In this document: positions 10,257-20,248 of the stretch, piece after piece | Layout of the letters: each line of letters starts with the position of its first letter | Numbering within the stretch: the first letter of the stretch is position 1 | Assembly: GCA_040218735.1 (NCBI GenBank) | Contig: JAVJQW010000008.1 | Span: forward strand, 96,001 to 160,000 | Length of the DNA stretch: 64,000 nucleotides | DNA from: Deltaproteobacteria bacterium | GTDB lineage: Bacteria > Myxococcota > Kuafuiibacteriia > Kuafuiibacteriales > Kuafuiibacteriaceae | Reading direction: 5' to 3' | Notes under the pieces: model-generated | Told to the model about the DNA's origin: nothing | Databases searched by the model: none | Seen by the model: only the letters and a program-made list of their open reading frames with translations | Program-made: the position numbers and the translations under genes

Positions 10257-11654
10257 ATGAGATGTGCTCGCGTCCTGGTGGTGGCGTCGCTGATCGCGGG
10301 CTGCGGCTCCGTGGTCGTACCGGAGCCGCGCGACGGCGGCGAAGCGGACGCCGGCGTCACGGACGCGGGTCAGCGCGACGGCGGCGTCGAGCGCGACGCG
10401 GGGCCGGAGCGGGACGGCGGCGTCGAGTACACGCTGACGGCGACGGTGGTCGGGGTTGGCGAGGGTTCGATTCAGTTCGTGGGCAGTGTGCGCGCGTGCC
10501 CGTCGGACTGCGAGGTGTCCGGACCGTCTGGCTCGACCGTCGACCTACGCGCAGAGGCGCTGGCGCCGGATGAGTTCCGCGGATGGTCAGGCGCGTGCAG
10601 CGGCCTCGAGCCGACGTGCCGGTTGACGCTGACGAGGAACGCGACCGTTGGCGCGGAGTTCTCGACGCCCGGCGGGTTCCGGAGGTTTCGGACCATCACG
10701 GAGGTCCCGCTACCCGAAGGGTGGAGCACCGTGGAGGTGTTGGACCTGAACGACGACGGGGTGTTCGTGGGGCAGGCGGATTTGCCGTTCCCCGCGCTCG
10801 GGTATTTCGCGGTGCGTGGCGATCGCGGCGGTGTCATCGAGTCTTTGGAGTCGATCTCCACACTGCCTGGTAGCCGCGCGTTGGGCATCAATGACGCGGG
10901 GTGGACGGTTGGGGGCGCGGCGAATGCGCAGGGGGATGGTCGTGCCGTCATCTGGGCGCCTCGACCGAAGGCCTTTCCGATCGAGCTGGGAACGTTTGGA
11001 GGCGCGGACTCTGTTGGGTTTTCGATAGCGCGTGACAATCGCGTCGTGGGATGGGCTGACACCGCAACGTCGGGAATGCATGGGTTTCTGCGCACACCGG
11101 ACGGAACCATGCACGATCTCGGTACGCTGGGCGGAACCAACTCCATCGCGTCGGGCATTGCCGGAGACTGGATCGTCGGGCGAGCCCAACGCGCAGATGG
11201 CGAGTGGCGGGGCTTTCGTGCTCGTGCACCGGACTTCGAGCTGGAACAACTGGGCACACTCGGCGGTGACTGGAGCTCCGCGTTCCGAGTGAATCGTGCC
11301 GGTGCGATTCTCGGTTATTCGGGGCTCCCGGATGGAAGGAGTCACGCGGTGTACGTTGCGCCTCCGCCGGCCGTCGAACTGGTGGACATCGGCACCCTCG
11401 GCGGAGCTGACAGCGTTCCGTACCTGATGAACGACAGTCATATCGCCGTGGGTACCGCGCAGGTGTTGGGCGGTGACTGGCGTGCCTTCATCTGGAGCCC
11501 CTCGGCGGGGAGAATCGTCGACCTCAACGACCTGCTCCCTCGCGGAGAGACCGAGTGGGAGCTCACGACGGCGGCGGGGATCAACAATCGCGGTCAGGTC
11601 GTTGGTACCGGCACGTTCTTGGGTCAGCCGGCAATATTCTTCTTGGATCCGTGA
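10257..11654 (+). CDS. Lipoprotein with an InlB-B-like repeat and an extracellular HAF-repeat beta-propeller
   Basis: Lipobox LIAGC, RDGG linker, FRGWSGAC module, repeated DLGTLGGxxSxAxxIN units. Confidence 0.82.
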   Translation: MRCARVLVVASLIAGCGSVVVPEPRDGGEADAGVTDAGQRDGGVERDAGPERDGGVEYTLTATVVGVGEGSIQFVGSVRACPSDCEVSGPSGSTVDLRAEALAPDEFRGWSGACSGLEPTCRLTLTRNATVGAEFSTPGGFRRFRTITEVPLPEGWSTVEVLDLNDDGVFVGQADLPFPALGYFAVRGDRGGVIESLESISTLPGSRALGINDAGWTVGGAANAQGDGRAVIWAPRPKAFPIELGTFGGADSVGFSIARDNRVVGWADTATSGMHGFLRTPDGTMHDLGTLGGTNSIASGIAGDWIVGRAQRADGEWRGFRARAPDFELEQLGTLGGDWSSAFRVNRAGAILGYSGLPDGRSHAVYVAPPPAVELVDIGTLGGADSVPYLMNDSHIAVGTAQVLGGDWRAFIWSPSAGRIVDLNDLLPRGETEWELTTAAGINNRGQVVGTGTFLGQPAIFFLDP

Positions 11655-11682
11655 GCTCCTCTCGAGAGCGTGGGTGTGGGCG

Positions 11683-14670
11683 TTATTCGAGGACCTGAAT
11701 CAACGTGTGGCTGTTGCTCGCTTGCGCCATATCCGCTTGCCCAGCGCCGACGGCGCCTGGCTGCCCCGACCACTGTGCGCACAGTGCAACGTAGTAGTTC
11801 TGGCCGACGGTGATGGAGGGCGAGGTCGTCGTCGAGATATAGGCGGTCGATGCTGCTGAGAGGATCTCACCGGCACTGATCGCGTTGTCGCTGACCGACG
11901 GATGTTGGGGCATCCAGTTCCACGTTCCGGCAGTTAGGGAGGTGGTGTAGCACACACCTGTCTGGAGCGTTCGGGGCTGCTGTGTCTGGCTGACCCGGAT
12001 GGTTCCTCCGCCAAAGGCGACGATTCTCTGAGTAGCCGCCGTGGGCTGAACTGGGCCCGCCGCGGCCGTAAGTGGCACGATCGGACCGAAGGGATTCTGA
12101 CTGCCTCCGTTGGGCAGGAACACGACGCCGCCCACCGAAAAGTCGGTCGCAAGAATGCCGGGCGGGCCCTGCGGGCCCTGGGGTCCCTGTGGGCCTCGCG
12201 CACCGGTCGCGCCCGGCACGCCCTGAATGCCCTGCGGTCCCCGCGGGCCGACGGCGCCGTCCGCGCCGTCCGCACCGGCCGGGCCCGCCGGGCCACGCGG
12301 CCCCACGGCACCGGTCGCGCCCTGCGGTCCCGCCGGTCCGATGGCGCCATCCGCACCGGCCGGACCCACCGGTCCACGCGGCCCTACGGCACCGGTCGGC
12401 CCCACCGGGCCTGCTGGTCCGTCCGCACCGGCCGGACCCGCCGGTCCTCGCGGCCCGACGGCGCCGGTCGCGCCCTGCGGGCCCGCCGGTCCGATCGCTC
12501 CGTCGGCGCCGGCCGGGCCTGCCGGTCCTCGCGGTCCCACGGCGCCCGTTGCGCCCTGCGGTCCGGCCGGTCCTTGCGGTCCGATCGCTCCGTCGGCGCC
12601 GTCCGCTCCGGCCGGACCCGCCGGTCCTCGCGGTCCCACCGCACCGGTCGCGCCCTGCGGTCCGGCTGGTCCGATCGCTCCGTCCGCGCCGGCCGGCCCA
12701 GCCGGTCCTCGCGGACCCACGGCGCCCGTCGGTCCGACGGCGCCCTGCGGTCCCGCGGGGCCTGCCGGCCCTGCGGGGCCTCGCGGTCCGATCGCACCGT
12801 CAGCGCCGGCGGGGCCCTGCGGTCCGGCGGGGCCCGTGAGGCCCGTTGCGCCTGCCGGCCCTGCGGGGCCTCGCGGTCCGATGGCACCGTCCGCGCCGGC
12901 GGGCCCCTGGGGTCCGGCGGGGCCCGTGAGGCCCGTTGCGCCTGCCGGCCCTGCGGGGCCTCGCGGTCCGACGGCGCCGGTCGCGCCCTGCGGTCCCGCG
13001 GGTCCTTGCGGTCCGATCGCTCCGTCGGCGCCCGCCGGTCCTGCGGGTCCGATCGCACCGGCCGGCCCTGCGGGGCCTCGCGGTCCGACGGCGCCGGTCG
13101 CGCCCTGCGGTCCGAGCGGTCCGGCCGGGCCCTGCGGTCCGGCTGCGCCCTGCGGTCCTGCGGGACCCGTGAGCCCGATCGGTCCCTGCGGTCCGCGCGG
13201 GCCGATGGCGCCCGTCGCTCCGGCCGCACCCTGCGGCCCGGCGGGGCCCGTGAGCCCGATGGGTCCCTGCGGCCCGAGCGCGCCCGTCGGCCCCTGAGGT
13301 CCTCGCGGCCCGACGGCGCCGTCAGCGCCGTTCGCGCCCGTCGGTCCGATCGGCCCCTGCGGTCCCAAACCACCCTGTGGTCCCTGCGGCCCGGCCGGTC
13401 CCGCGGGTCCGACGGCGCCCTGCGGTCCCGCGGGTCCCGTGAGCCCGATCGGCCCCTGCGCGCCGGTCGGTCCAGCCGGCCCGCGCGCACCGGTGAGCCC
13501 GATGGGCCCCTGCGGTCCCTGCGCACCCGTCGGCCCGATCGGCCCCGCGGCGCCCTGCGGCCCGGTGAGCCCGACGGGGCCCTGCGGTCCCACGGCTCCG
13601 GTCGCACCTTGCGGTCCGATTGGCCCGATCGCTCCGGTCGGCCCGACCGCACCTTGCGGGCCCGCCGGCCCGGTGAGCCCGATGGGCCCCTGCGGTCCGA
13701 TCGCTCCGGTCGGTCCGATCACACCCTGCGGTCCCTGCGGCCCGGTGAGCCCGATCGGCCCCTGCGGCCCGACGGCGCCGGCCGGCCCGACCGCACCCTG
13801 CGGTCCTTGCGCGCCCTGCGGCCCGGTGAGCCCGATGGGCCCCTGCGGTCCGATCGCTCCGGTCGGCCCGACGACACCCTGCGGTCCCTGCGGCCCGGTG
13901 AGCCCGATGGGCCCCTGCGGTCCGAGCGCGCCCGTGGCACCCACCGGCCCTTGCGGCCCCATCGCGCCGGTCGGTCCCGCCGGTCCCTGCGGTCCGAGCG
14001 CACCCGTCGGCCCCACCGGACCCACCGCGCCGGTCGGCCCGGCCGCGCCCTGCGGTCCGGTCGGTCCTGCCGGTCCGACAGCGCCATCAGCGCCCGCCGG
14101 TCCCTGCGGGCCCACGGCGCCCGTGGCGCCGGTCGGTCCCGCTGGCCCCGCTGCGCCGTCCGGTCCGACGGGTCCCGTCGGACCCGCGATGCCCTGCGGA
14201 CCCGGCTCGCCCTGCAGACCGATCTCACCCTGCGGGCCCGTCGGTCCCATCGGACCCGGAGGTCCCTCGGGTCCGATCTGTCCGCCGTCCGCGCTCAACG
14301 CACGCACCGCGAACGGGACGAAACCCACCGAGAACCGCGGCGCCATCTCCACGTCGTCGCCGACGATCTCGATACCCACGTACAACTCACCACCGAACAA
14401 CGAAGGTGAGATCGAGCTCGTCTCGCCGATCGACAAGTAGAAGAACCCATCGAACGGCACGACACCGAAGTGCTCTTCCTCGAACACCGGCGTCTGCGCG
14501 TCCTCCGCGTCGTACAGCCGAACGACGGCGTCGAACTGCTCCGTGATCGGCATGCCCTGCGTGTCGGTGAGGAAACCTTCGAACGGCAAGGTAACTTGCG
14601 CCGAGGCCAACCGAGGCGCGCTCACCGCAGCCAGCGCGAGGGTGAAGAGTTGGATTCGTGACAAGTGCAT
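11683..14670 (-). CDS. Secreted collagen-like fibre protein (N-terminal fibre-anchor-like domain, G-X-Y stalk, C-terminal globular tip)
   Basis: ATG 14670 gives a signal peptide ending ASA|Q. A ~105-aa N-domain (FEGFLTD...VRLYDA...FEEEH...DGFFYLSIG...[14 protein letters not shown]) precedes a long G-X-Y tract and a ~155-aa tip with two Cys. Confidence 0.9.
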   Translation of the reverse strand: MHLSRIQLFTLALAAVSAPRLASAQVTLPFEGFLTDTQGMPITEQFDAVVRLYDAEDAQTPVFEEEHFGVVPFDGFFYLSIGETSSISPSLFGGELYVGIEIVGDDVEMAPRFSVGFVPFAVRALSADGGQIGPEGPPGPMGPTGPQGEIGLQGEPGPQGIAGPTGPVGPDGAAGPAGPTGATGAVGPQGPAGADGAVGPAGPTGPQGAAGPTGAVGPVGPTGALGPQGPAGPTGAMGPQGPVGATGALGPQGPIGLTGPQGPQGVVGPTGAIGPQGPIGLTGPQGAQGPQGAVGPAGAVGPQGPIGLTGPQGPQGVIGPTGAIGPQGPIGLTGPAGPQGAVGPTGAIGPIGPQGATGAVGPQGPVGLTGPQGAAGPIGPTGAQGPQGPIGLTGARGPAGPTGAQGPIGLTGPAGPQGAVGPAGPAGPQGPQGGLGPQGPIGPTGANGADGAVGPRGPQGPTGALGPQGPIGLTGPAGPQGAAGATGAIGPRGPQGPIGLTGPAGPQGAAGPQGPAGPLGPQGATGAVGPRGPAGPAGAIGPAGPAGADGAIGPQGPAGPQGATGAVGPRGPAGPAGATGLTGPAGPQGPAGADGAIGPRGPAGPAGATGLTGPAGPQGPAGADGAIGPRGPAGPAGPAGPQGAVGPTGAVGPRGPAGPAGADGAIGPAGPQGATGAVGPRGPAGPAGADGADGAIGPQGPAGPQGATGAVGPRGPAGPAGADGAIGPAGPQGATGAVGPRGPAGPAGADGPAGPVGPTGAVGPRGPVGPAGADGAIGPAGPQGATGAVGPRGPAGPAGADGADGAVGPRGPQGIQGVPGATGARGPQGPQGPQGPPGILATDFSVGGVVFLPNGGSQNPFGPIVPLTAAAGPVQPTAATQRIVAFGGGTIRVSQTQQPRTLQTGVCYTTSLTAGTWNWMPQHPSVSDNAISAGEILSAASTAYISTTTSPSITVGQNYYVALCAQWSGQPGAVGAGQADMAQASNSHTLIQVLE
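12151..14283 (-). repeat. Collagen G-X-Y coding repeat tract, about 237 triplets
   Basis: 2133 nt from GQI to GIL. By eye the triplet period is uninterrupted, with higher-order blocks (GPQGPIGLT early, [12 protein letters not shown] late). Confidence 0.9.
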
Positions 14671-14689
14671 GTGATCGATTCCCTGTGTC

Positions 14690-15010
14690 TCAGCGTCCCG
14701 CGCCCGGGACGATTCCGCCGCGCAGCTCGTGTTGGTCACTCGTCGCGCGACCCGTACCGTCGACGCGCAAGCGACCATTGATGTTGTGGCTCGGGCTCGA
14801 CGCGCGCCCCGTCGCGGGCGCCAAGTTCACGCTCCGCAGGACGCGCCCGAGGGGCCCGCCGTCGCGATCCATCCCCGCGTCGGGGACGCCGCCGTCGCGG
14901 TCCCTCCCCGCGTCGACGAAGCCAGCGTCGCGCGGGTCGCGCGGCGGCTCTTCGGGGTTGGCGCAAGCCGTGGCAAGGACGATGCCGAAGCTCAGGACGA
15001 GGCGGCGCAC
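14690..15010 (-). CDS. Small lipoprotein co-oriented with the collagen fibre gene
   Basis: Lipobox LATAC, RDAG/RDGG linker, duplicated C-terminal motif [14 protein letters not shown] / [14 protein letters not shown]. Ends 19 nt before the collagen start. Confidence 0.7.
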   Translation of the reverse strand: MRRLVLSFGIVLATACANPEEPPRDPRDAGFVDAGRDRDGGVPDAGMDRDGGPLGRVLRSVNLAPATGRASSPSHNINGRLRVDGTGRATSDQHELRGGIVPGAGR

Positions 15011-15116
15011 TCCGCAGTAGTGACCCGAAACGCGTCAGAGTTACAGGGTTATCTAGTCGAATCTCCGAGGTTTTTTGGTACCAACGGAATTCATTCGCGA
15101 TCCGCCCCCCGCCCGG

Positions 15117-16685
15117 TCAGGGCCAGGGGGTGCCGCCGCCCAGCTCGTCGTCGTAGCCGTACTCGGCCGGGTCGCGCACGTCCTTCACGATGAACGGGAT
15201 GATGAGCGTCGCCTGCACGGCGTCCGGCGTGTCGAGGTTCTGCCCGGCGACGAAGCGACTCACCGACAGCTGCGCGAGCAACGGCACCGGGAACTCGCCG
15301 CGCAGGAACGGACCGAGGAAGTTGAAGTTCACACCGACGCCCGCGACCAGGTTCCCGCGAACCGTTCGCCACGCGTAGCTCGCCCGCTTGCGCGCCGCGC
15401 TGCTCGCGAAGCGATTGCGCAGCTCCGTGATTCGGTTCTCCTCCTGAATCTCCCCGTCCGCGACGAGCCGATCCACCTCCGCCCGAATCTCGTCTTCGGT
15501 TTGATACGGCGCCGTCCCCTCCGGGCGTGCGCCGATCCCGTTCACCGAATCGCGGAAGTGGTGCAGCGCGTTCACCGACACCCCCACCGACAGCCACTCC
15601 AGGATCTGGAAGTTCAGATACGAGTACAGGTAGAGCGTGTCGCCGAGCTTGCGTTGGATGTCGACGCGATCGAACCGCGTCGCGACCGGCACGAGCTGCC
15701 CGTCGTCGAGGTAGCGGTTGAACAGCTCCGCCTCACTGATCTCCCCGCGCGCGAGTTGGTTCTCGAGGTCATCGGAGAAGGACACCGTACCGAGCCGCGT
15801 CGTGAACGTGTCGGCGAACGAGATCTCGTACCCCGCCGACGCGCCGAGCCGGAACCGTTCCCCGAACGGCAGCGAGATCGCGGCGAGCAGCGCGGCGTCC
15901 CACTGACCGTCGCCGAGTCGCACGTCGAAGAGGTCGTCGGGGTCGTCCTGCTTCCCGGTGGGGAACACGACGTAGCCGAGCGCCGCGAGGTTGAGATCGC
16001 GGCCGCGGAAGAACTGGTACTTCGCGCCGAGGATCAGATCGCGGAACCCCGAGTAGTTGCGGTCCGCCGTCCCTTGGCCGCCCTGGACGCTGTCGATGAC
16101 GGGTCTGTAGCTGAAGCACTTGCTGATCAGCGCACGGTTCAGGTCGCCGATGTTGAACGTGTAGTTCTCACCGCCGTCCTCGACGATGTCGTCGAAGTTC
16201 GCGGCGAGGTCGAAGTCGTCGCCGCAGTCGAGGGCCTCGGGATCCTTCACACGCAGGTTCGACGTCGCGCCCTCCAGCGAAGCGCGCAGCGTGTAGTTCA
16301 CGTTCTGGTACGGGAGCAGCCCGACGAACGTCAGCCGCTCCGTGACGCCGAACGCGAGCAGGAAGTTGATACCGAACGAACGCTGGGTCCCGTCGAAACG
16401 TGTCACCCCCAGGGTGCCGCCCGCGACCGTCTCGAGCAGCTCCGCGTCACCGCCCGCGATCAGCTCCGACAGGTTGATCCCGTTGAAGTCCGCGATCAGC
16501 GACTCACGCCCGACCTGCCAGCCGCGACCGAAGCGCTGCAACGTCCCCGGCCCGTAACCGAGCAGCGGCTGAATCGCGAGACCACCCGAACCCTGCGGGA
16601 GGACCTCGGCGTCCGAGACCCCCTGCGCCCACGCTACCGCGGGGAGGAGCGTGAGCAGGAGCGCGAGGGACAGAGCACGTGGCAT
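15117..16685 (-). CDS. Secreted, probable outer-membrane beta-barrel (MetA-pathway / phenol-degradation transporter-like) with large loop insertions
   Basis: Signal peptide AWA|Q, amphipathic strands, motifs GFRDLILGAKYQF, VVFPTGK and LGDGQWD. Confidence 0.6.
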   Translation of the reverse strand: MPRALSLALLLTLLPAVAWAQGVSDAEVLPQGSGGLAIQPLLGYGPGTLQRFGRGWQVGRESLIADFNGINLSELIAGGDAELLETVAGGTLGVTRFDGTQRSFGINFLLAFGVTERLTFVGLLPYQNVNYTLRASLEGATSNLRVKDPEALDCGDDFDLAANFDDIVEDGGENYTFNIGDLNRALISKCFSYRPVIDSVQGGQGTADRNYSGFRDLILGAKYQFFRGRDLNLAALGYVVFPTGKQDDPDDLFDVRLGDGQWDAALLAAISLPFGERFRLGASAGYEISFADTFTTRLGTVSFSDDLENQLARGEISEAELFNRYLDDGQLVPVATRFDRVDIQRKLGDTLYLYSYLNFQILEWLSVGVSVNALHHFRDSVNGIGARPEGTAPYQTEDEIRAEVDRLVADGEIQEENRITELRNRFASSAARKRASYAWRTVRGNLVAGVGVNFNFLGPFLRGEFPVPLLAQLSVSRFVAGQNLDTPDAVQATLIIPFIVKDVRDPAEYGYDDELGGGTPWP

Positions 16686-16827
16686 CGGGAGAGAGGGGAG
16701 AAATCAGGTTTTTTGAGGTGGGGCAACGACGGATGACCGATCCCCCCGACCGGGCCGCGGAATCGTGCGCGGCCCGCGAACCGGGGACCGCATCGTCGGG
16801 CACTTTGGTACGATCCGCCCGTCTTCG

Positions 16828-17607
16828 ATGGACTGGACACCCCAACGCGCGCGCGTCGACGAGGCCACCTTCGACGCACGCCGCATCGGCCCCTACCGAC
16901 TCGGGCGTCGCATCCGCGTCACCGCGCTCGGCGAGGTCCGGCTCGCGATCGGCGACGCCTTCGACGAGGTCGTCGCCATCGAACGCTGTGAGCTCCTCGG
17001 CTCGCTCGGCGGCTCCGAGCGCGCGCTGCTCGCCGACGTCGCCCACGTGATCGGCCTGCGCCACCCGAACCTCGTCGAGGTGCTCGGCGCCGGCGTCGAC
17101 GGCGACGTCCCGTACTTGGTCCGCGCCCACCGCCTCGGCGTCACGTTGGCCGACGCCCACGAAGCCGCGGAGGACGTCGACCTCGCCACCGCCGCGGCGA
17201 TCCTCCACGGCGTCCTCACCGTGGTCGGCTTCCTCGCGGAGGAAGGCGCGCAGCCCGGCGTCTGCTCGCTCGGCGGCATCGACGAAGAGGACGTCCTCCT
17301 CGGCTACGACGGCGGCGTGCGTGTCACCAACACGGGCATGAAGCTCGTGCGCTGTCCGAACGGCGACCCCCTCCGCGCCGATCTCTCCAGCGCCCTCGTC
17401 CTCGCCCAGGCCCTCGATCCCTCCGGCGCGCTCGCCGATCACTTCGGCGAAGACGCCAACGCCACGCAGACCGCCCACCGCATCCGCCGCGCGTTCCGCG
17501 ACGCTTGCGGTCGACGCAACGAGCTCGTCGGAGGTCTGTTGCGTCGGCACTTCGACCTGCAGATTCAGGCCGACCGCGCCTTCTTCGGCCTGGTCACGTT
17601 GCACTGA
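16828..17607 (+). CDS. Degenerate Ser/Thr kinase domain (pseudokinase)
   Basis: IGPYRLGRRI...GEVRLA...VVAIE...LRHPNLVEVL...VPYLV...DVLLGYDGGVRVTNTG. The catalytic Lys, HRD and DFG are absent. Start ATG 16828 is inferred. Confidence 0.7.
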   Translation: MDWTPQRARVDEATFDARRIGPYRLGRRIRVTALGEVRLAIGDAFDEVVAIERCELLGSLGGSERALLADVAHVIGLRHPNLVEVLGAGVDGDVPYLVRAHRLGVTLADAHEAAEDVDLATAAAILHGVLTVVGFLAEEGAQPGVCSLGGIDEEDVLLGYDGGVRVTNTGMKLVRCPNGDPLRADLSSALVLAQALDPSGALADHFGEDANATQTAHRIRRAFRDACGRRNELVGGLLRRHFDLQIQADRAFFGLVTLH

Positions 17608-17608
17608 C

Positions 17609-18754
17609 ATGGACGACGCCCACGCGCGCCTGAGGCTCGCCGCGTTCTACTTCTTCGCGTTCGGCGGCCTCGGCGGTTTGCTGCCGTTCCTCCCCCTCGT
17701 GTTCGAGACGCGCGGCTTCGACTCCTACGCGATCTCCACGGTGATGCTCCTCCTCCCCCTGAGCAACATGTTCGTCCCGCCGCTGTGGGGCCTCCTCGCC
17801 GACGCCTTCAACGCCCGCGTCGCCGCGATCCGCGCGACGGGGATCGGCTGCGCCGTCGGCACGCTCCTGTTGCTCCCCGACCTCGGTCTGCCCTTCGCCG
17901 TCCTCGGTATGGCGACGTACTGCTTCTTCCGCGCGCCGATCATCCCGCTCGCCGACTCCGCGACCTACGCGGCGCTCGGCGCGCGCTCCGACAACTACGC
18001 GCGCGTTCGCGTGTGGGGCTCCGCGGGGTTCGTGGTGGTGTCGACGGCCGTCGGGCTCCTCGAGGCGACTAAGACCCCCACGCTCCTGTTCGGCGTCGCG
18101 GCCGCGGTCTACGCGTGCGCGACGATCGCGGCGCTCGGCCTCGTCGCGCCGCCGCCCGAGCGTCGGCCCGGTGTGTTGCGCAAGGCGCTGCAGACCGTCC
18201 GCGGCACGACGCTCCCGGCGCTCTTCCTCGGCTCCGCGTTCTACTACGTCGGCCACGGCGCGTACGACGTCTACTTCGGTCTGCACGCGCGCGCGCTCGG
18301 GCTCAGTGATTCCTTCGTCGGGATCGCGTGGGCCGTCGGCGTGACGTGTGAGATCGGCCTGATGCTCGTCGCGCCGCGCATCCTCGCGCGCCGATCCACC
18401 GCGGTGTTGTTGTGCATCGGCGCCGCCGCGTCCGTGTTCCGCTGGTGGCTCCTCTCCGTCGCAACGTCCGCGGAGCTGATCCTCGTCGCGCAGTCACTCC
18501 ACGCGCTCACGTTCGGGCTCTGGTACGTCGCGCTCGTGAAGTACGTGCAGGGCAAGGCGCCCGACGCCCTCCGCGCGAGTGTGCAGGGCCTCGCGCAGGC
18601 GTCGATGGCCGTCGGCATGATGGGCGGCTACCTCGGCGGCGCGGAGCTCAACGAACGCTTCGGCGGCGTCGCGGTCTTCCAGCTCGCGACGGCGGCGGCC
18701 GGCTGCGCGCTCGTCGTGTACGTCTTCCTCGCCATCGTAGACCGTCGCTTGTGA
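17609..18754 (+). CDS. MFS transporter (MFS_1-like, HcaT/nucleoside permease group)
   Basis: About 12 TM segments. PPLWGLLADAF, YARVRVWGSAGF and QSLHALTFG motifs. Confidence 0.9.
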   Translation: MDDAHARLRLAAFYFFAFGGLGGLLPFLPLVFETRGFDSYAISTVMLLLPLSNMFVPPLWGLLADAFNARVAAIRATGIGCAVGTLLLLPDLGLPFAVLGMATYCFFRAPIIPLADSATYAALGARSDNYARVRVWGSAGFVVVSTAVGLLEATKTPTLLFGVAAAVYACATIAALGLVAPPPERRPGVLRKALQTVRGTTLPALFLGSAFYYVGHGAYDVYFGLHARALGLSDSFVGIAWAVGVTCEIGLMLVAPRILARRSTAVLLCIGAAASVFRWWLLSVATSAELILVAQSLHALTFGLWYVALVKYVQGKAPDALRASVQGLAQASMAVGMMGGYLGGAELNERFGGVAVFQLATAAAGCALVVYVFLAIVDRRL

Positions 18755-18790
18755 TCGCGGTGCGCGACGGCGCAACATCGACACTCCCCG

Positions 18791-20242
18791 ATGTGGATCT
18801 TCTACTTCGTGGGGCTCCTCTGCCTCGTCGCCGTCCCGCTCGTCGCGTCGTTCATCGCGGGGCAGTTCCTCTTCGGCTCGATGTGGTGGGGGCGGCACCT
18901 CTTCACGCGTCGGCGCGACGTCCTCCAGATCGCCGGCCCGAGCGGCGCTCTCCTCCCCGCGAAGACCGACGACAAGGGGCTCCTCGATCGTGTCCTCGTC
19001 TCGCGGCGAGGCGCCTTCGGTGAGGATCGCACGACGGTCGTCGACGGCATCTCCATCGCCGTCCGCGCACAGCCCCGCATCGTCGACGAACACGGCGAGC
19101 GCGTCGGCTTCCCGTGGACCCGCGAAGACCGCGCGACGGCGCGCGCCGTCATGCACATCGCGCTGGTCGCGGACCTCTCGGACGTGTTGCCGGAGTCGGT
19201 CTCACTGCACGCGGACGCCCGCGCGGACGAGGTCGGTTTCGGCGACGACGTCCTGTTCGCCGCCTTCATGACCGGACGCTTGCGCGCGGCGGTGGCGGAG
19301 TCGGATCGGATCGGTTTCCTCGACGGGTGCGTCGTCGTCGACTCCGCGTTCGCCGCGGACGACGCCCGCGTCCAGACGCTGCTCGCCGCGCTCGGCCACG
19401 CGTGTCGTCGCCTGCACGATGCGACGAAGGACGGGCACATCGACGTCGGCTCGATGTTGGTCGAACACCTCGCGACCGACGACGACGTCACCGTGCGCGC
19501 GCGCGCGATCGATCGTCTGCTCACGCGTTATCGCGAAGACGGTGAGACGCGCCGGCTCGGGTTGGAGCTCGCCGTCGAGGACGGCGCGGCGGAGGTTCGC
19601 CTCGCGGCCGCGAGGCACCTCGGTGAAGACGGCTTCGACATCGCGGTCGCCACCCTGAAGGACGGCGAGGCGTCGAGCGCGCTCCGTCAACGTGCCTTGC
19701 GCTTCCTCATGCGGCGCTTCGATTACGACCGGCTCCGCCCGCTGTTCGACGAGGTGCTCGAGGACGAGGACGATCGTCTCGCGCTGATCGTCGTCCGGCG
19801 CCTGGGTGACCTCGAAGATCGTTCGAGTGTCGCGAAGCTCTGCGCGATCACGGCGCAGGCCAAGCCGGACCTCGCCGCGGGCATCGCGCAGGCGCTCGGG
19901 GCCATCGGCGATCCTTCCGCGGAGCTGACGCTGATCGCTCTGTTCAAGCGTCGCGAGGTCGAGGTGCGGATCGCCGCCGCCGACGCGCTCGCCACGCTGG
20001 GGAGCGCCGACGCCGTCGCGCACCTGTTGCCGGTCGCGGAGTCCACGCGCACGGCACACGCGCTGCGCGTCGCGGCGTCGAGCGCGGTGCAGCTGATCCA
20101 GTCGCGCCTCTCGGGCCAGGCCGGCGCGCTCTCGGTGCTCACGCCCCCCGATTCAGGGCAGCTCAGCCTGGATCCGGCCGGCCGGGGCGCGTTGAGTGAC
20201 TCTCCCGCTGACAACCCGGATCCGATCGAACTAATCGAGTAG
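18791..20242 (+). CDS. Membrane-anchored HEAT-repeat protein
   Basis: N-terminal TM, then repeats such as EVRLAAARHLG, GIAQALGAIGD and EVRIAAADALATLG. Confidence 0.8.
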   Translation: MWIFYFVGLLCLVAVPLVASFIAGQFLFGSMWWGRHLFTRRRDVLQIAGPSGALLPAKTDDKGLLDRVLVSRRGAFGEDRTTVVDGISIAVRAQPRIVDEHGERVGFPWTREDRATARAVMHIALVADLSDVLPESVSLHADARADEVGFGDDVLFAAFMTGRLRAAVAESDRIGFLDGCVVVDSAFAADDARVQTLLAALGHACRRLHDATKDGHIDVGSMLVEHLATDDDVTVRARAIDRLLTRYREDGETRRLGLELAVEDGAAEVRLAAARHLGEDGFDIAVATLKDGEASSALRQRALRFLMRRFDYDRLRPLFDEVLEDEDDRLALIVVRRLGDLEDRSSVAKLCAITAQAKPDLAAGIAQALGAIGDPSAELTLIALFKRREVEVRIAAADALATLGSADAVAHLLPVAESTRTAHALRVAASSAVQLIQSRLSGQAGALSVLTPPDSGQLSLDPAGRGALSDSPADNPDPIELIE

Positions 20243-20248
20243 CCGGCA

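Noticed and set aside
12227-14440. Plus-strand Pro-Cys-Gly repeat ORFs
   Set aside because: Antisense reading of the collagen repeats; no signal peptide or flanking domains.
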